NCBI GenBank assembly: GCA_019057375.1
Contig: DXJF01000015.1
Coordinates: 1 to 33,682 of the forward strand
Source of the DNA: Candidatus Heimdallarchaeota archaeon
GTDB taxonomy: Archaea > Asgardarchaeota > Heimdallarchaeia > Heimdallarchaeales > Heimdallarchaeaceae
Direction: 5' to 3'
Length of the DNA: 33,682 nucleotides
Shown here: piece after piece, positions 1-11,866 of the stretch
Position numbering within the stretch: position 1 is the first letter of the stretch
How the letters are laid out: the number at the start of each line of letters is the position of its first letter
Position numbers and translations under genes: made by a program
Notes under the pieces: generated by a model
Database searches by the model: none
Told to the model about the DNA's origin: nothing
Seen by the model: only the letters and a program-made list of their open reading frames with translations

Positions 1-113
1 TCTAATCTTAACATTCTTCGCTTGTACTGCATATCCTTCCATCGGAAGTTTTTTCTTTTATTTTTGAGTTTTCTAGCAGCGAATTCGCCTTTCGGACTTT
101 TGGATCCTGTCAT
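1..113 (-). CDS. rps12: 30S ribosomal protein uS12 (archaeal S12/S23), 5' part, truncated by the window edge
   Basis: Not in the ORF track. Manual translation from the ATG at 113 gives [37 protein letters not shown], the characteristic archaeal uS12 N-terminus. The frame stays open to position 1. Confidence 0.93.
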   Translation of the reverse strand, partial: MTGSKSPKGEFAARKLKNKRKNFRWKDMQYKRRMLRL

Positions 114-174
114 AATATCACATTTTTGCTTAATAGTTCAAACATTAACCATTAGTTAAAGTTCCCTCATAAGA

Positions 175-190
175 TTTTAATAAAAACTTT
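175..190 (-). promoter_or_regulatory. Putative BRE/TATA promoter for rps12
   Basis: The minus strand reads AAAGTTTTTATTAAAA about 60-75 nt upstream of the rps12 ATG, inside the 146-nt rpoA2-rps12 gap. Confidence 0.45.
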
Positions 191-223
191 CTGTTCACTT
201 ACTTTTAACTAAGTTTTCACTTG

Positions 224-237
224 AATAAAAGAAAAAA
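224..237 (-). terminator. Putative oligo-T terminator after rpoA2
   Basis: The minus strand reads TTTTTTCTTTTATT about 20-35 nt after the rpoA2 stop. Confidence 0.35.
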
Positions 238-259
238 GTAGAGATAAAACAAAGTTTGA

Positions 260-4185
<3,926 letters not shown>

Positions 4186-4306
4186 TCTATTTTTTCTCCC
4201 AAAAAATTGTAGAATCTCTACACTAGTCACGTGACTTTACAACACGGCTTTTAGTATTTGATAAAAAGTTTTTGATTCCAAACCATTTACAAAGTTGAGA
4301 TTCTGC

Positions 4307-4330
4307 TCTAGATGTGTTTGGTCATCTAGA
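4307..4330. repeat. 8-bp inverted repeat in the rpoA1/folD divergent intergenic region
   Basis: TCTAGATG-(8 nt)-CATCTAGA, read directly. Confidence 0.5.
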
Positions 4331-4414
4331 AAGGAAATCTGTAAATCCTCATAATTTATTAAGTGTTTAAAGAATTATTATCCAAGAACATGAAAATAGA
4401 TTGTAGTGATATTT

Positions 4415-5341
4415 ATGATAATTGATGGAAGAAAGTTTTCACAAGAGTATACAGATAAAGTACTCAAACCTCGTTGTGAAGTTATTAAAGGAAAATACAA
4501 TAAAGCTCCAAAATTGTCTACCATACTTGTGGGTGAAGATCCCGCTTCAGAGTCTTATCGTAGAATACGAGAGAAATTTTTTGCAAATCTTTGTGTTGAA
4601 TCTGATGTAATTCAACTTCCTGAGGAAACACCAGAAAAGGAACTTTTAGAGATTATAGATAAACAGAATAAAGATAATAGTATCGATGGAATACTTGTTC
4701 AATTACCTTTACCCAAACATATGGATGAGGATAAAGTCATAGAAAGTATCTCTCAGGATAAAGATATCGAAGGTTTGTCCCCTGGCAATGTTTATGCTTG
4801 GACAAAATCTGCACCCAACTTAATTCCTGCAACCGCTTTGGGTGTTCTAGCTCTTTTGAAACATTATCAAATACCATTGCATGGAAAACATGCTGTGGTA
4901 GTTGGGAGAAGTATGATAATAGGGAAACCTGTAGCTCATCTTCTTTTACGAGAACATGCAACTGTGACAGTATGTCATTCCAGATCAAAACCACTTGAAA
5001 AATATACCAAAGAAGCAGATATACTTATTGCAGCTGTTGGTCGTACTCACCTCATTCAGAAAGGTATGGTGAAAAAGACTGTTGCTATTGTTGATGTAGG
5101 AGTTAATTTCGAGGATGGTAAGCTGATGGGAGATACAGACTTTGATGACTTAAAGGATGATGTCGCATATATCTCTCCTGTTCCTGGTGGAAGTGGTCCT
5201 GCAACTGTGACCATGTTAGCAAGTAACTTGCTCCTAGCTTTTGAGCTCAAACATGCAAAGTATGATATTGATCTTCGGAAGTGTCTGAAAGAATATTATG
5301 CTGATTATGAAGCAAAAGGAGACAAAGATCCCTGTATTTAG
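4415..5341 (+). CDS. folD: FolD-family methylenetetrahydrofolate dehydrogenase (cyclohydrolase lysine replaced)
   Basis: IDG, LVGEDPAS, DGILVQLPLP, VVGRSMIIGKP, DVGVN, GD and PVPGG.GP.T motifs. The ATG at 4415 is preferred over the GTG at 4406. Confidence 0.93.
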   Translation: MIIDGRKFSQEYTDKVLKPRCEVIKGKYNKAPKLSTILVGEDPASESYRRIREKFFANLCVESDVIQLPEETPEKELLEIIDKQNKDNSIDGILVQLPLPKHMDEDKVIESISQDKDIEGLSPGNVYAWTKSAPNLIPATALGVLALLKHYQIPLHGKHAVVVGRSMIIGKPVAHLLLREHATVTVCHSRSKPLEKYTKEADILIAAVGRTHLIQKGMVKKTVAIVDVGVNFEDGKLMGDTDFDDLKDDVAYISPVPGGSGPATVTMLASNLLLAFELKHAKYDIDLRKCLKEYYADYEAKGDKDPCI

Positions 5342-5382
5342 TTCAAGAAAACTATTTAGAGGATAGTTGCTAGACTATAACG

Positions 5383-5730
5383 ATGACAGAGCCTACACTC
5401 AATTCCACAATTGAAGTAGATGGGCAAGAATATCAAATAACTGCAGTTTTTTTGGAAAATGCAGTTTCAATATTTATATACGAGGAAACTCCAAGGCTTG
5501 GAACCTTAGCAATATCAGTACCAGGTACTGACATTATGCAAGCTTCAACTCTTTATGTTACAGGTTCATCAGATACACATTTTGTAAGAATGTTGGGAGA
5601 AAGGTTTGCTTCACGGACTCAGAAATTAATTTTGTTATCTCTAAGTATGAAAGAAGTATCAAATGAACTTATTTTGAAAATAATGCAGCAAACAGAAAAG
5701 ATTCTTTTTGAAGAAAAAGATAAGAAATAG
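5383..5730 (+). CDS. Small protein resembling proteasome assembly chaperone PAC4/PAC3 (PSMG4-like)
   Basis: 115 aa. The pattern 'AVFLENAVSIFI...LGTLAISV...STL..GSSD...LGERFASRTQKLILLSLS' parallels PSMG4 as recalled from memory. Not verified by HMM. Confidence 0.6.
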   Translation: MTEPTLNSTIEVDGQEYQITAVFLENAVSIFIYEETPRLGTLAISVPGTDIMQASTLYVTGSSDTHFVRMLGERFASRTQKLILLSLSMKEVSNELILKIMQQTEKILFEEKDKK

Positions 5731-5757
5731 TAAAGGGAAGATATCCCTTTTTTGAAA

Positions 5758-7086
5758 TTACTTCAATATAGTCATACCAGGATATAGTGGGAATTGCTTT
5801 GTAAGTTCGAGAATATCTTTTCGAACTTGCTTACTTACTTCTGCATCACCCTTGGCTTTTATAACTTTAGCAATGCCTTCTGCAATTACTTTCATTTCGG
5901 ATTCTTTCATTCCTCTAGAAGCTATAGCCGGTGTTCCTAATCTAAGTCCAGAAGGATGGAAGGGACTTGAGGGTTCATATGGAACTGTATTCTTATTCAC
6001 TGTTATACCTGCTTCATCCAGAGCATTTTGAATAGGACCACCTTTTCCGGTTAAATGTTCAGGTCGCAAATCAATGAGAATCAGATGATTGTCAGTTCCA
6101 TTTGTTACAAGTTTTATACCAAGGGACATTAATTCATCAGCCAATGTTTTGGCATTATTGACAATTTGCTTTGCATAATCTTTAAACTCAGGTTTAAGAG
6201 CCTCAGCAAATGCAACAGCTCTTGCCGCGGTAGAGTGATCATGGGGACCCCCCTGTAATCCAGGAAATACTGCGGAATCTATTAATCGAGCCAAACTAAA
6301 TGGTACTCCTGCTTTTGTTTTCTTATTTGGATGGTGTATCTCATGTAATCTATCTTCAGTCTTACACATTATGATTGCTCCACGTGGTCCTCTAAGACTT
6401 TTGTGAGTTGTAGTTGTTACAACATCAGTATAAGGAATAGGACTTTCATGTGCTCCACCTACAACCAAACCTGAAATGTGAGAAATATCTGCAAGCTGGT
6501 AAGCATCAACTTCTTCTGCGATTTCTTGGAAAGCCTTGAAGTCTATTTTTCTGGGATAAGCAGTTAAACCAGATATAATCATTTTGGGTTTTTCTTTTCT
6601 AGCTAGTTCATGAATAACAGCCATATCTAGCATTTCTGTCTCTTTATCAACATCATAACTAACACAAGCATAATTCTTACCAGAGAAGTTTACATGACTT
6701 CCATGAGTAAGATGACCTCCTGATGTAAGACTGAAACCTAGGAATTTATCTTTTAGATTTAGTAAAGCAAAGAAAACCGCTTGATTAGCTGGAGAGCCAG
6801 AATACGGTTGAACATTAACATGTTCACATCCAAAGAGCTCTTTGGCGCGTTCTATAGCTAGAATTTCAACTTCATCTACAATTTCATTTCCACCATAGTA
6901 CCTTTTCTTAGGGTAACCTTCGGAGTATTTGTTGGTGAAAACACTCCCCATAGCCTGAAGAACAGATCGATAAGTGTAATTTTCAGAAGGAATAAGCTCT
7001 ATACCTTCTTCCTGTCGCTTTAATTCTCTTAGAAGCATATCAGCAACTTCTGGATCAGAATTAGCTAAATTATTCATTAAATTCAT
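5758..7086 (-). CDS. glyA: Serine hydroxymethyltransferase (bacterial/THF-type)
   Basis: LIPSEN, NKYSEGYP..RYYGG, QPYSGSPAN, GGHLTHG, TTTTHKSLRGPRG (PLP lysine) and FPGLQGGP. The ATG at 7086 follows an AGAGGA RBS and is preferred over 7137. Confidence 0.97.
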   Translation of the reverse strand: MNLMNNLANSDPEVADMLLRELKRQEEGIELIPSENYTYRSVLQAMGSVFTNKYSEGYPKKRYYGGNEIVDEVEILAIERAKELFGCEHVNVQPYSGSPANQAVFFALLNLKDKFLGFSLTSGGHLTHGSHVNFSGKNYACVSYDVDKETEMLDMAVIHELARKEKPKMIISGLTAYPRKIDFKAFQEIAEEVDAYQLADISHISGLVVGGAHESPIPYTDVVTTTTHKSLRGPRGAIIMCKTEDRLHEIHHPNKKTKAGVPFSLARLIDSAVFPGLQGGPHDHSTAARAVAFAEALKPEFKDYAKQIVNNAKTLADELMSLGIKLVTNGTDNHLILIDLRPEHLTGKGGPIQNALDEAGITVNKNTVPYEPSSPFHPSGLRLGTPAIASRGMKESEMKVIAEGIAKVIKAKGDAEVSKQVRKDILELTKQFPLYPGMTILK

Positions 7087-7168
7087 AATTAATCCTCTAA
7101 AGAACATCACTATGTTTTCTTTAAATATTTTTTTCAATCACACTAGTGCACAAAAACATAGTTTCCGA

Positions 7169-7208
7169 AAATCTTACCACATAATGAATGATTTACGTGG
7201 TAAGATTT
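7169..7208. repeat. Perfect 12-bp inverted repeat between ubiD and glyA
   Basis: AAATCTTACCAC (7169-7180), a 16-nt spacer, then GTGGTAAGATTT (7197-7208). Confidence 0.8.
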
Positions 7209-7246
7209 CCACATCTTATGTTGTTCGCTTGTTTTTTTCTTTCCTT

Positions 7247-8527
7247 CTAAAATGGTATTGCTCTCTCGTATCCAGTTTTCCCTCTTTTCTTTGTTGCATC
7301 TACTATTACTTTTATTGAAGTATTGCCATCTCTATTGCGTGAAGGATCAAGTGATGATCCTTTCATATTTTCAAGTATGGTTATGTCATTGGCCCCGGCT
7401 CTGGTAATTCTTGCCCATTCGACTGCTTTGATATCACATATATCTATATCTTCATCCACAACTGTACACCATTTCAATGAAGGATGTGCCTCAAAAGCTG
7501 TTAGACCAACTTTCTGCCCATCAATGTCCGTTTGAGTTGTCACAGAAATTACCGCATTTAACCATCCACAACCACTTGGAGTTAGGTAAACCCCATGCAC
7601 TTTGGGGACAACTTTGCTCACACGGTTGTGAATTTCTGCTTCACGTGGAAACCCCATAAGAATGAAATGTTCTTCATAAGCAGGAAGAATAGTCTGGAAG
7701 ATAGGATCATCTCGATAAAGTAAGTCTTCAAACTGAACGATAGGTTGGGTACGAATATCATCGGGAGTGCCTGTTATGTCGACAAAAGGTCCTTCGACTG
7801 CTTCTTCATCGGCTAGGATTCTCCCCTCTAGAATAAATTCAACATCGGAAGGAACAGGAATACCATAACGAGGAGTTTTGAGAATAGAAAGATTCCCCCT
7901 CATGAGAGAGTTAGCAATAGCAAGTTCAGATTTACCTGAAGGAGAAGGAGAAGAAGCTGCCAAAGCTAGAATGGGATGATAGCCATTAACGACAGCAATA
8001 GGTGTGTCCAAACCTTTACGCTTGTTCGCTAAGAAGATTTTATGTAGATTTCGAGGAACAATACGAATAACCCCTTGTTGATCATTGAGAACCATAATTC
8101 TATGGATGCTCATGTTAGGAACGTCAGTATTGGGAAATTGTGCGAAAACAATACCTGAGGTGAGATATCTACCCGCATCAACAGGAAAGAATTTTGGGAT
8201 AGGGAGATGGGAGAGATTAACAGGTTTGGTGTTAGAGAAAGTAAGACTAGTTTCAACCTCCGAAGGATTTTGAGGGTTAAGAAGCGATTGTTGAAAGAAG
8301 TTATAATAGTCCTCATGTTCGTTTAAAACGAGTTTAAGTTGCTCGCGGGAAGAGAGAATATTGCTTAAGAGAGGAAAGTGCGAATTTTCAACATTGGAAA
8401 ACAAAACAGCTTTATTGTAGTTTGATTGAAGATGCTCGGTAATCTCATATTCCAACTTAACTTCATCATTAATCTCAACTAGAAAATCAGATTGCTTGAG
8501 TGTTTCAAGATAGGGTCGTAAGCTCAT
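7247..8527 (-). CDS. UbiD-family prFMN-dependent decarboxylase
   Basis: SIHRIMV, EFILEGRI, EGPFVD.TG, VVDEDIDI and GSSLDPS motifs. The likely start is the ATG at 8527 (MSLRPYL). Confidence 0.9.
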   Translation of the reverse strand: MSLRPYLETLKQSDFLVEINDEVKLEYEITEHLQSNYNKAVLFSNVENSHFPLLSNILSSREQLKLVLNEHEDYYNFFQQSLLNPQNPSEVETSLTFSNTKPVNLSHLPIPKFFPVDAGRYLTSGIVFAQFPNTDVPNMSIHRIMVLNDQQGVIRIVPRNLHKIFLANKRKGLDTPIAVVNGYHPILALAASSPSPSGKSELAIANSLMRGNLSILKTPRYGIPVPSDVEFILEGRILADEEAVEGPFVDITGTPDDIRTQPIVQFEDLLYRDDPIFQTILPAYEEHFILMGFPREAEIHNRVSKVVPKVHGVYLTPSGCGWLNAVISVTTQTDIDGQKVGLTAFEAHPSLKWCTVVDEDIDICDIKAVEWARITRAGANDITILENMKGSSLDPSRNRDGNTSIKVIVDATKKRGKTGYERAIPF

Positions 8528-8620
8528 AAAATCACAACTTCCTCTGAATACAAAAAACATAAGATACAATGATTTAAATATCTTGTTAGAAAGAAAACGA
8601 TAGAAAAATCAGACTTCCTT

Positions 8621-8705
8621 GCGGGGATTGCCGAGTGGTCAAAGGCGCTAGATTCAGATTCTAGTCCTTAGTGGTCCGGGAGTTCGAATCTCCCTTCCCG
8701 CACCA
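8621..8705 (+). tRNA. tRNA-Leu(CAG), with encoded CCA
   Basis: Acceptor stem GCGGGGA/TTCCCGC, D-arm GCCGAGTGGTCAAAGGC, anticodon arm CTAGA-TTCAGAT-TCTAG (CAG at 8655-8657), long variable arm, T-arm GGGAG-TTCGAAT-CTCCC, discriminator A then CCA. Confidence 0.96.
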
Positions 8706-8744
8706 AAGTGATAGTCAGTTTTATCAAAAACATAGGTGTAAATT

Positions 8745-9239
8745 ATGAAAATAGGAATCATGAGTGATAGTCATGATCATCGACCAAATATAAGAAAAGC
8801 TCTGGAGCTTTTTGAAAAAAAAGAAATAGAAACAATAATCCATGCTGGAGATTTAATTTCCCCATTTTGCGTAAAAATGTTTGAAGAATACAGAGGTAAA
8901 TTCTATCTCTGTTCGGGGAACAATAAAGGTGATACAGCTGTCATATCAGGAATGATGAAAGAAGTAGGATTCTTTTATCCAGAAATAGGTGAATTCAGTT
9001 TAGATGAACAGAAGTTTGCTCTATATCATGGCACAGAAGAACTTGTACTTAATTCACTAATTTATTCAAAAGACCCTTATGATTATGTAATAACAGGACA
9101 TACCCATAAGAAACTTTTGAAAAAAGTCGGAAAAACTATTATAATAAATCCTGGGGAAACTTTTGATTTATATGATCATCCGACAGTGGTAGTTCTTGAT
9201 ACAGAAACACGAAAAGCTGAGTTTCATTCACTAGATTAG
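8745..9239 (+). CDS. YfcE/MJ0936-type calcineurin-like metallophosphoesterase
   Basis: Metal-ligand motifs DSHD, HAGD, GNN, H, GHTH and NPG. Confidence 0.9.
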   Translation: MKIGIMSDSHDHRPNIRKALELFEKKEIETIIHAGDLISPFCVKMFEEYRGKFYLCSGNNKGDTAVISGMMKEVGFFYPEIGEFSLDEQKFALYHGTEELVLNSLIYSKDPYDYVITGHTHKKLLKKVGKTIIINPGETFDLYDHPTVVVLDTETRKAEFHSLD

Positions 9240-9248
9240 GGGAAAGAA

Positions 9249-10436
9249 TTGACATATTTTCATTCAAATTCCAATAAAAATGTTATCGGGAAAGAGTTTA
9301 GAGAATATGTTGAAGAACTCTTTGGTGATATTTTAGCTAAGAATTATTTTGAAAAAATATCTACACCAATGGAAGAATACACACTTCATGTTTTTCAGAA
9401 ATATGAGCTGATGGAAAGAATAGAAGATAGTTTCAAACAGATTGGATATGAAACCAAAGTACATAACAAGTTCCCCAATGTAATTGTAACGAAACCAAAA
9501 GGACCATTTCCTTTAGAATTTGAAGAAAATATGAAGGAGATGATAGTTGATAATCGTGCAGCAGAGATGATTTATCAAGGGTCAGATATTTTTATTCCAG
9601 GAGTCAAAAGAGCAAACAAAGTAAGAGCGGACGATATAGTTAAGGTAATGAATCAAGTAAAAATCCCTGTAGCAAAGGCTCAAGCTTTACTAAATCATCA
9701 CGATATGCTTGTTCAAGGGAAAGGGGTTGCAGCAAGAAATCTGTTATCTCCGTTTAAGGTCCCAAACCTTCAGCAAGCAGGTCTAGATGATTTTCCTGCA
9801 TACTTTCAAAGCTTACCTGCTTATTTGACAAGCATGAATTTGGAACCAGAACCTAATGAGAAGATTCTTGATTGTTGTGCGGCACCTGGTAATAAAACAA
9901 TTCACCTTAATGAACTTTCAAAGAACAGGGCAACGATAATTGCAGTTGATAGATCAAAGAATAGAATGCAAAAGCTGAACAAAAAAATAGAAAAATATCA
10001 ATTAAAAAGCATTCAAACTAAAGTAGGAGATATAGTAAAACTAAGTAAGAGCTGGAGTATGAAATTTGATAAAATCTTAGTTGATCCTCCTTGTACTTCC
10101 TTAGGATTAAGACCTAGATTGATACTAGAAACAAGTAAAACAATTATTAAAGCAACAGCAACTTATCAAAAAGCAATTCTACATTCTTGTAATGATTTGT
10201 TAAAACCTGGTGGAGCTTTGGTTTACTCTACATGCACTATCACAAAAGAGGAAAATGAAGAGGTTCTAGATTATGCTTGTAAGAAATTAAAGCTGAAGAT
10301 TGTTGATCAACAGCATACTTCACCCAATATGGGTTCAATTGGTGAAAATAGGACTTACCCAGTTCAAAGGTATATTCCGGGAGAACACAATACTTTAGGA
10401 TTTTTCATTGCTAAAGCAATCAAACCAAAAAGTTAA
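9249..10436 (+). CDS. PUA-domain RsmB/NOP2-family RNA m5C methyltransferase (NSUN6-like)
   Basis: PUA-like AAEMIYQGSDIFIPGV, then DCCAAPGNKT, DKILVDPPCTSLG.RP and YSTCT...ENE (both catalytic Cys present). TTG start is uncertain. Confidence 0.85.
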   Translation: MTYFHSNSNKNVIGKEFREYVEELFGDILAKNYFEKISTPMEEYTLHVFQKYELMERIEDSFKQIGYETKVHNKFPNVIVTKPKGPFPLEFEENMKEMIVDNRAAEMIYQGSDIFIPGVKRANKVRADDIVKVMNQVKIPVAKAQALLNHHDMLVQGKGVAARNLLSPFKVPNLQQAGLDDFPAYFQSLPAYLTSMNLEPEPNEKILDCCAAPGNKTIHLNELSKNRATIIAVDRSKNRMQKLNKKIEKYQLKSIQTKVGDIVKLSKSWSMKFDKILVDPPCTSLGLRPRLILETSKTIIKATATYQKAILHSCNDLLKPGGALVYSTCTITKEENEEVLDYACKKLKLKIVDQQHTSPNMGSIGENRTYPVQRYIPGEHNTLGFFIAKAIKPKS

Positions 10437-10477
10437 TACCGAACCTTTTTTAATTTCAGCTCAATTTTCACCATAAG

Positions 10478-11317
10478 ATGAGTTTACTATCCAAAGATTC
10501 ATGCTTACTAATAACAAGTTCAAATAATGAACATGCTCAAATGTTAGCACTTAAGCTATTTAAGAAGTTGAAGAATCAAGGTTACGACGTGTATTTGGAT
10601 ACATTTCTCGCAAAGAGAGAAGGGTCTCCTGAGCACTCTTGTCCTAATACAAACATAGATATGATTTTTGTTTTTGGTGGTGATGGAACGATTTTAAAAA
10701 CATTTGCGACTTGGAAAAATAGTCCAATCTTTGGAGTAAACTGCGGAAAAGTAGGCTTTCTTACCGAAATACAGCCAGAAGAAGTAGATGAAGCTTTATT
10801 GAAGCTAGAAAATAAAGAATATTATATTGAAGATTATTATACAATAGATGTTTCTTCAAAAAATTCTCCAACTGTTCCTGCAGCAAATGATGCTATTGTC
10901 ACCTCTGACATAATAGGCCATGTTATTACATTAGGGGTATATGTTGATGATCAATACCTTTACACCGTGAATAGTGATGGTCTTATAATTGCTACAAGTA
11001 CAGGTTCTAGTGCCTATTGTTTATCTGCTGGTGGTTCTCTGATTGTACCTTCAATAGAAGCTATTACTTTAGTACCAATTTGTCCTATTACAAGAAGCAT
11101 TGTACCCATGGTATTTTCTCTGGAATCTACAATCAAAGTAACAAATCTAAGTGAATATAGGTCTGGTAGTGTAGTGATTGATGGAAAGACTTACTTCAGT
11201 TTAGGATATAAGGAATCAATAGAAATAAGAAAGTCTTCTAAAAAAATAAGCTTTGTAAGATTTTCTGATAATTATGTTCCTCGTGTGAGAGAAAAACTAC
11301 TAAGATTTAACCTCTGA
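10478..11317 (+). CDS. nadK: NAD(+) kinase
   Basis: GGDGT, G.N.GKVGFL, ND, and DGLIIATSTGSSAY.LSAGG. Confidence 0.92.
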   Translation: MSLLSKDSCLLITSSNNEHAQMLALKLFKKLKNQGYDVYLDTFLAKREGSPEHSCPNTNIDMIFVFGGDGTILKTFATWKNSPIFGVNCGKVGFLTEIQPEEVDEALLKLENKEYYIEDYYTIDVSSKNSPTVPAANDAIVTSDIIGHVITLGVYVDDQYLYTVNSDGLIIATSTGSSAYCLSAGGSLIVPSIEAITLVPICPITRSIVPMVFSLESTIKVTNLSEYRSGSVVIDGKTYFSLGYKESIEIRKSSKKISFVRFSDNYVPRVREKLLRFNL

Positions 11318-11844
11318 TGATTCAGATGAATGAGCATAGACAGAAGAATAACTCACAATATTTCATAGTTGATTCAACAGCTATTATTCATCATTTTATC
11401 TTTGAAAGAGAAATTGATAATAATGAAATTTTGATAATTCCTGAGATGCTTAAAGAGGAGATTATGTCTTTTCAGGCTAAATCTAATCTAGCATTATTAG
11501 AAGAAGAAAGACAAATTGTTTTTGCTAACCCAACTGAATCAGCTGTTTCTTCGGTAACCATTTCTGCTAAGGAATCTGGTGATTTTTCTTCATTATCAAA
11601 AACTGATTTAAATGTTATTGCTTTATCACAAGACTACCCCAATAGTGTAGTTCTTAGTGATGATAATGCTGTTCAAAATGTTTGTAATAAGTTGAATGTG
11701 AAATATCAATCTTTTCAATTCAAGATAAAACATCAACGTGAATACTTCTGGAAATGTACTGTTTGTAGAAGTAAATTTAAGCACAAAGTGGATAATTGTC
11801 CTGATTGTGGTAGTCCTACAAAACGTTATTACAAGAAGAAATGA
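11317..11844 (+). CDS. nob1: Nob1 PIN endonuclease with C-terminal Zn ribbon
   Basis: IVDSTAII, LSKTDLNVIAL, SDDNAVQN, and CTVC...CPDCGS. The start overlaps the nadK stop. Confidence 0.88.
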   Translation: MIQMNEHRQKNNSQYFIVDSTAIIHHFIFEREIDNNEILIIPEMLKEEIMSFQAKSNLALLEEERQIVFANPTESAVSSVTISAKESGDFSSLSKTDLNVIALSQDYPNSVVLSDDNAVQNVCNKLNVKYQSFQFKIKHQREYFWKCTVCRSKFKHKVDNCPDCGSPTKRYYKKK

Positions 11845-11866
11845 GGAATAGAAATAATTTTTCGCT

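Noticed and set aside
4225-4236. 12-bp palindrome AGTCACGTGACT (E-box-like core) near the rpoA1 start
   Set aside because: Several 12-bp palindromes are expected by chance in 33 kb, and there is no second copy or supporting context.
8621-8705. CAG tRNA as a Ser-type reassignment (as in CUG-clade yeasts)
   Set aside because: The A73 discriminator, D-loop and short variable arm fit Leu. There is no evidence of recoding in conserved proteins.
8745-9239. Vps29 (retromer) eukaryotic signature protein
   Set aside because: The full set of metal ligands and overall pattern match the widespread YfcE/MJ0936 phosphoesterases, and no other trafficking genes are nearby.
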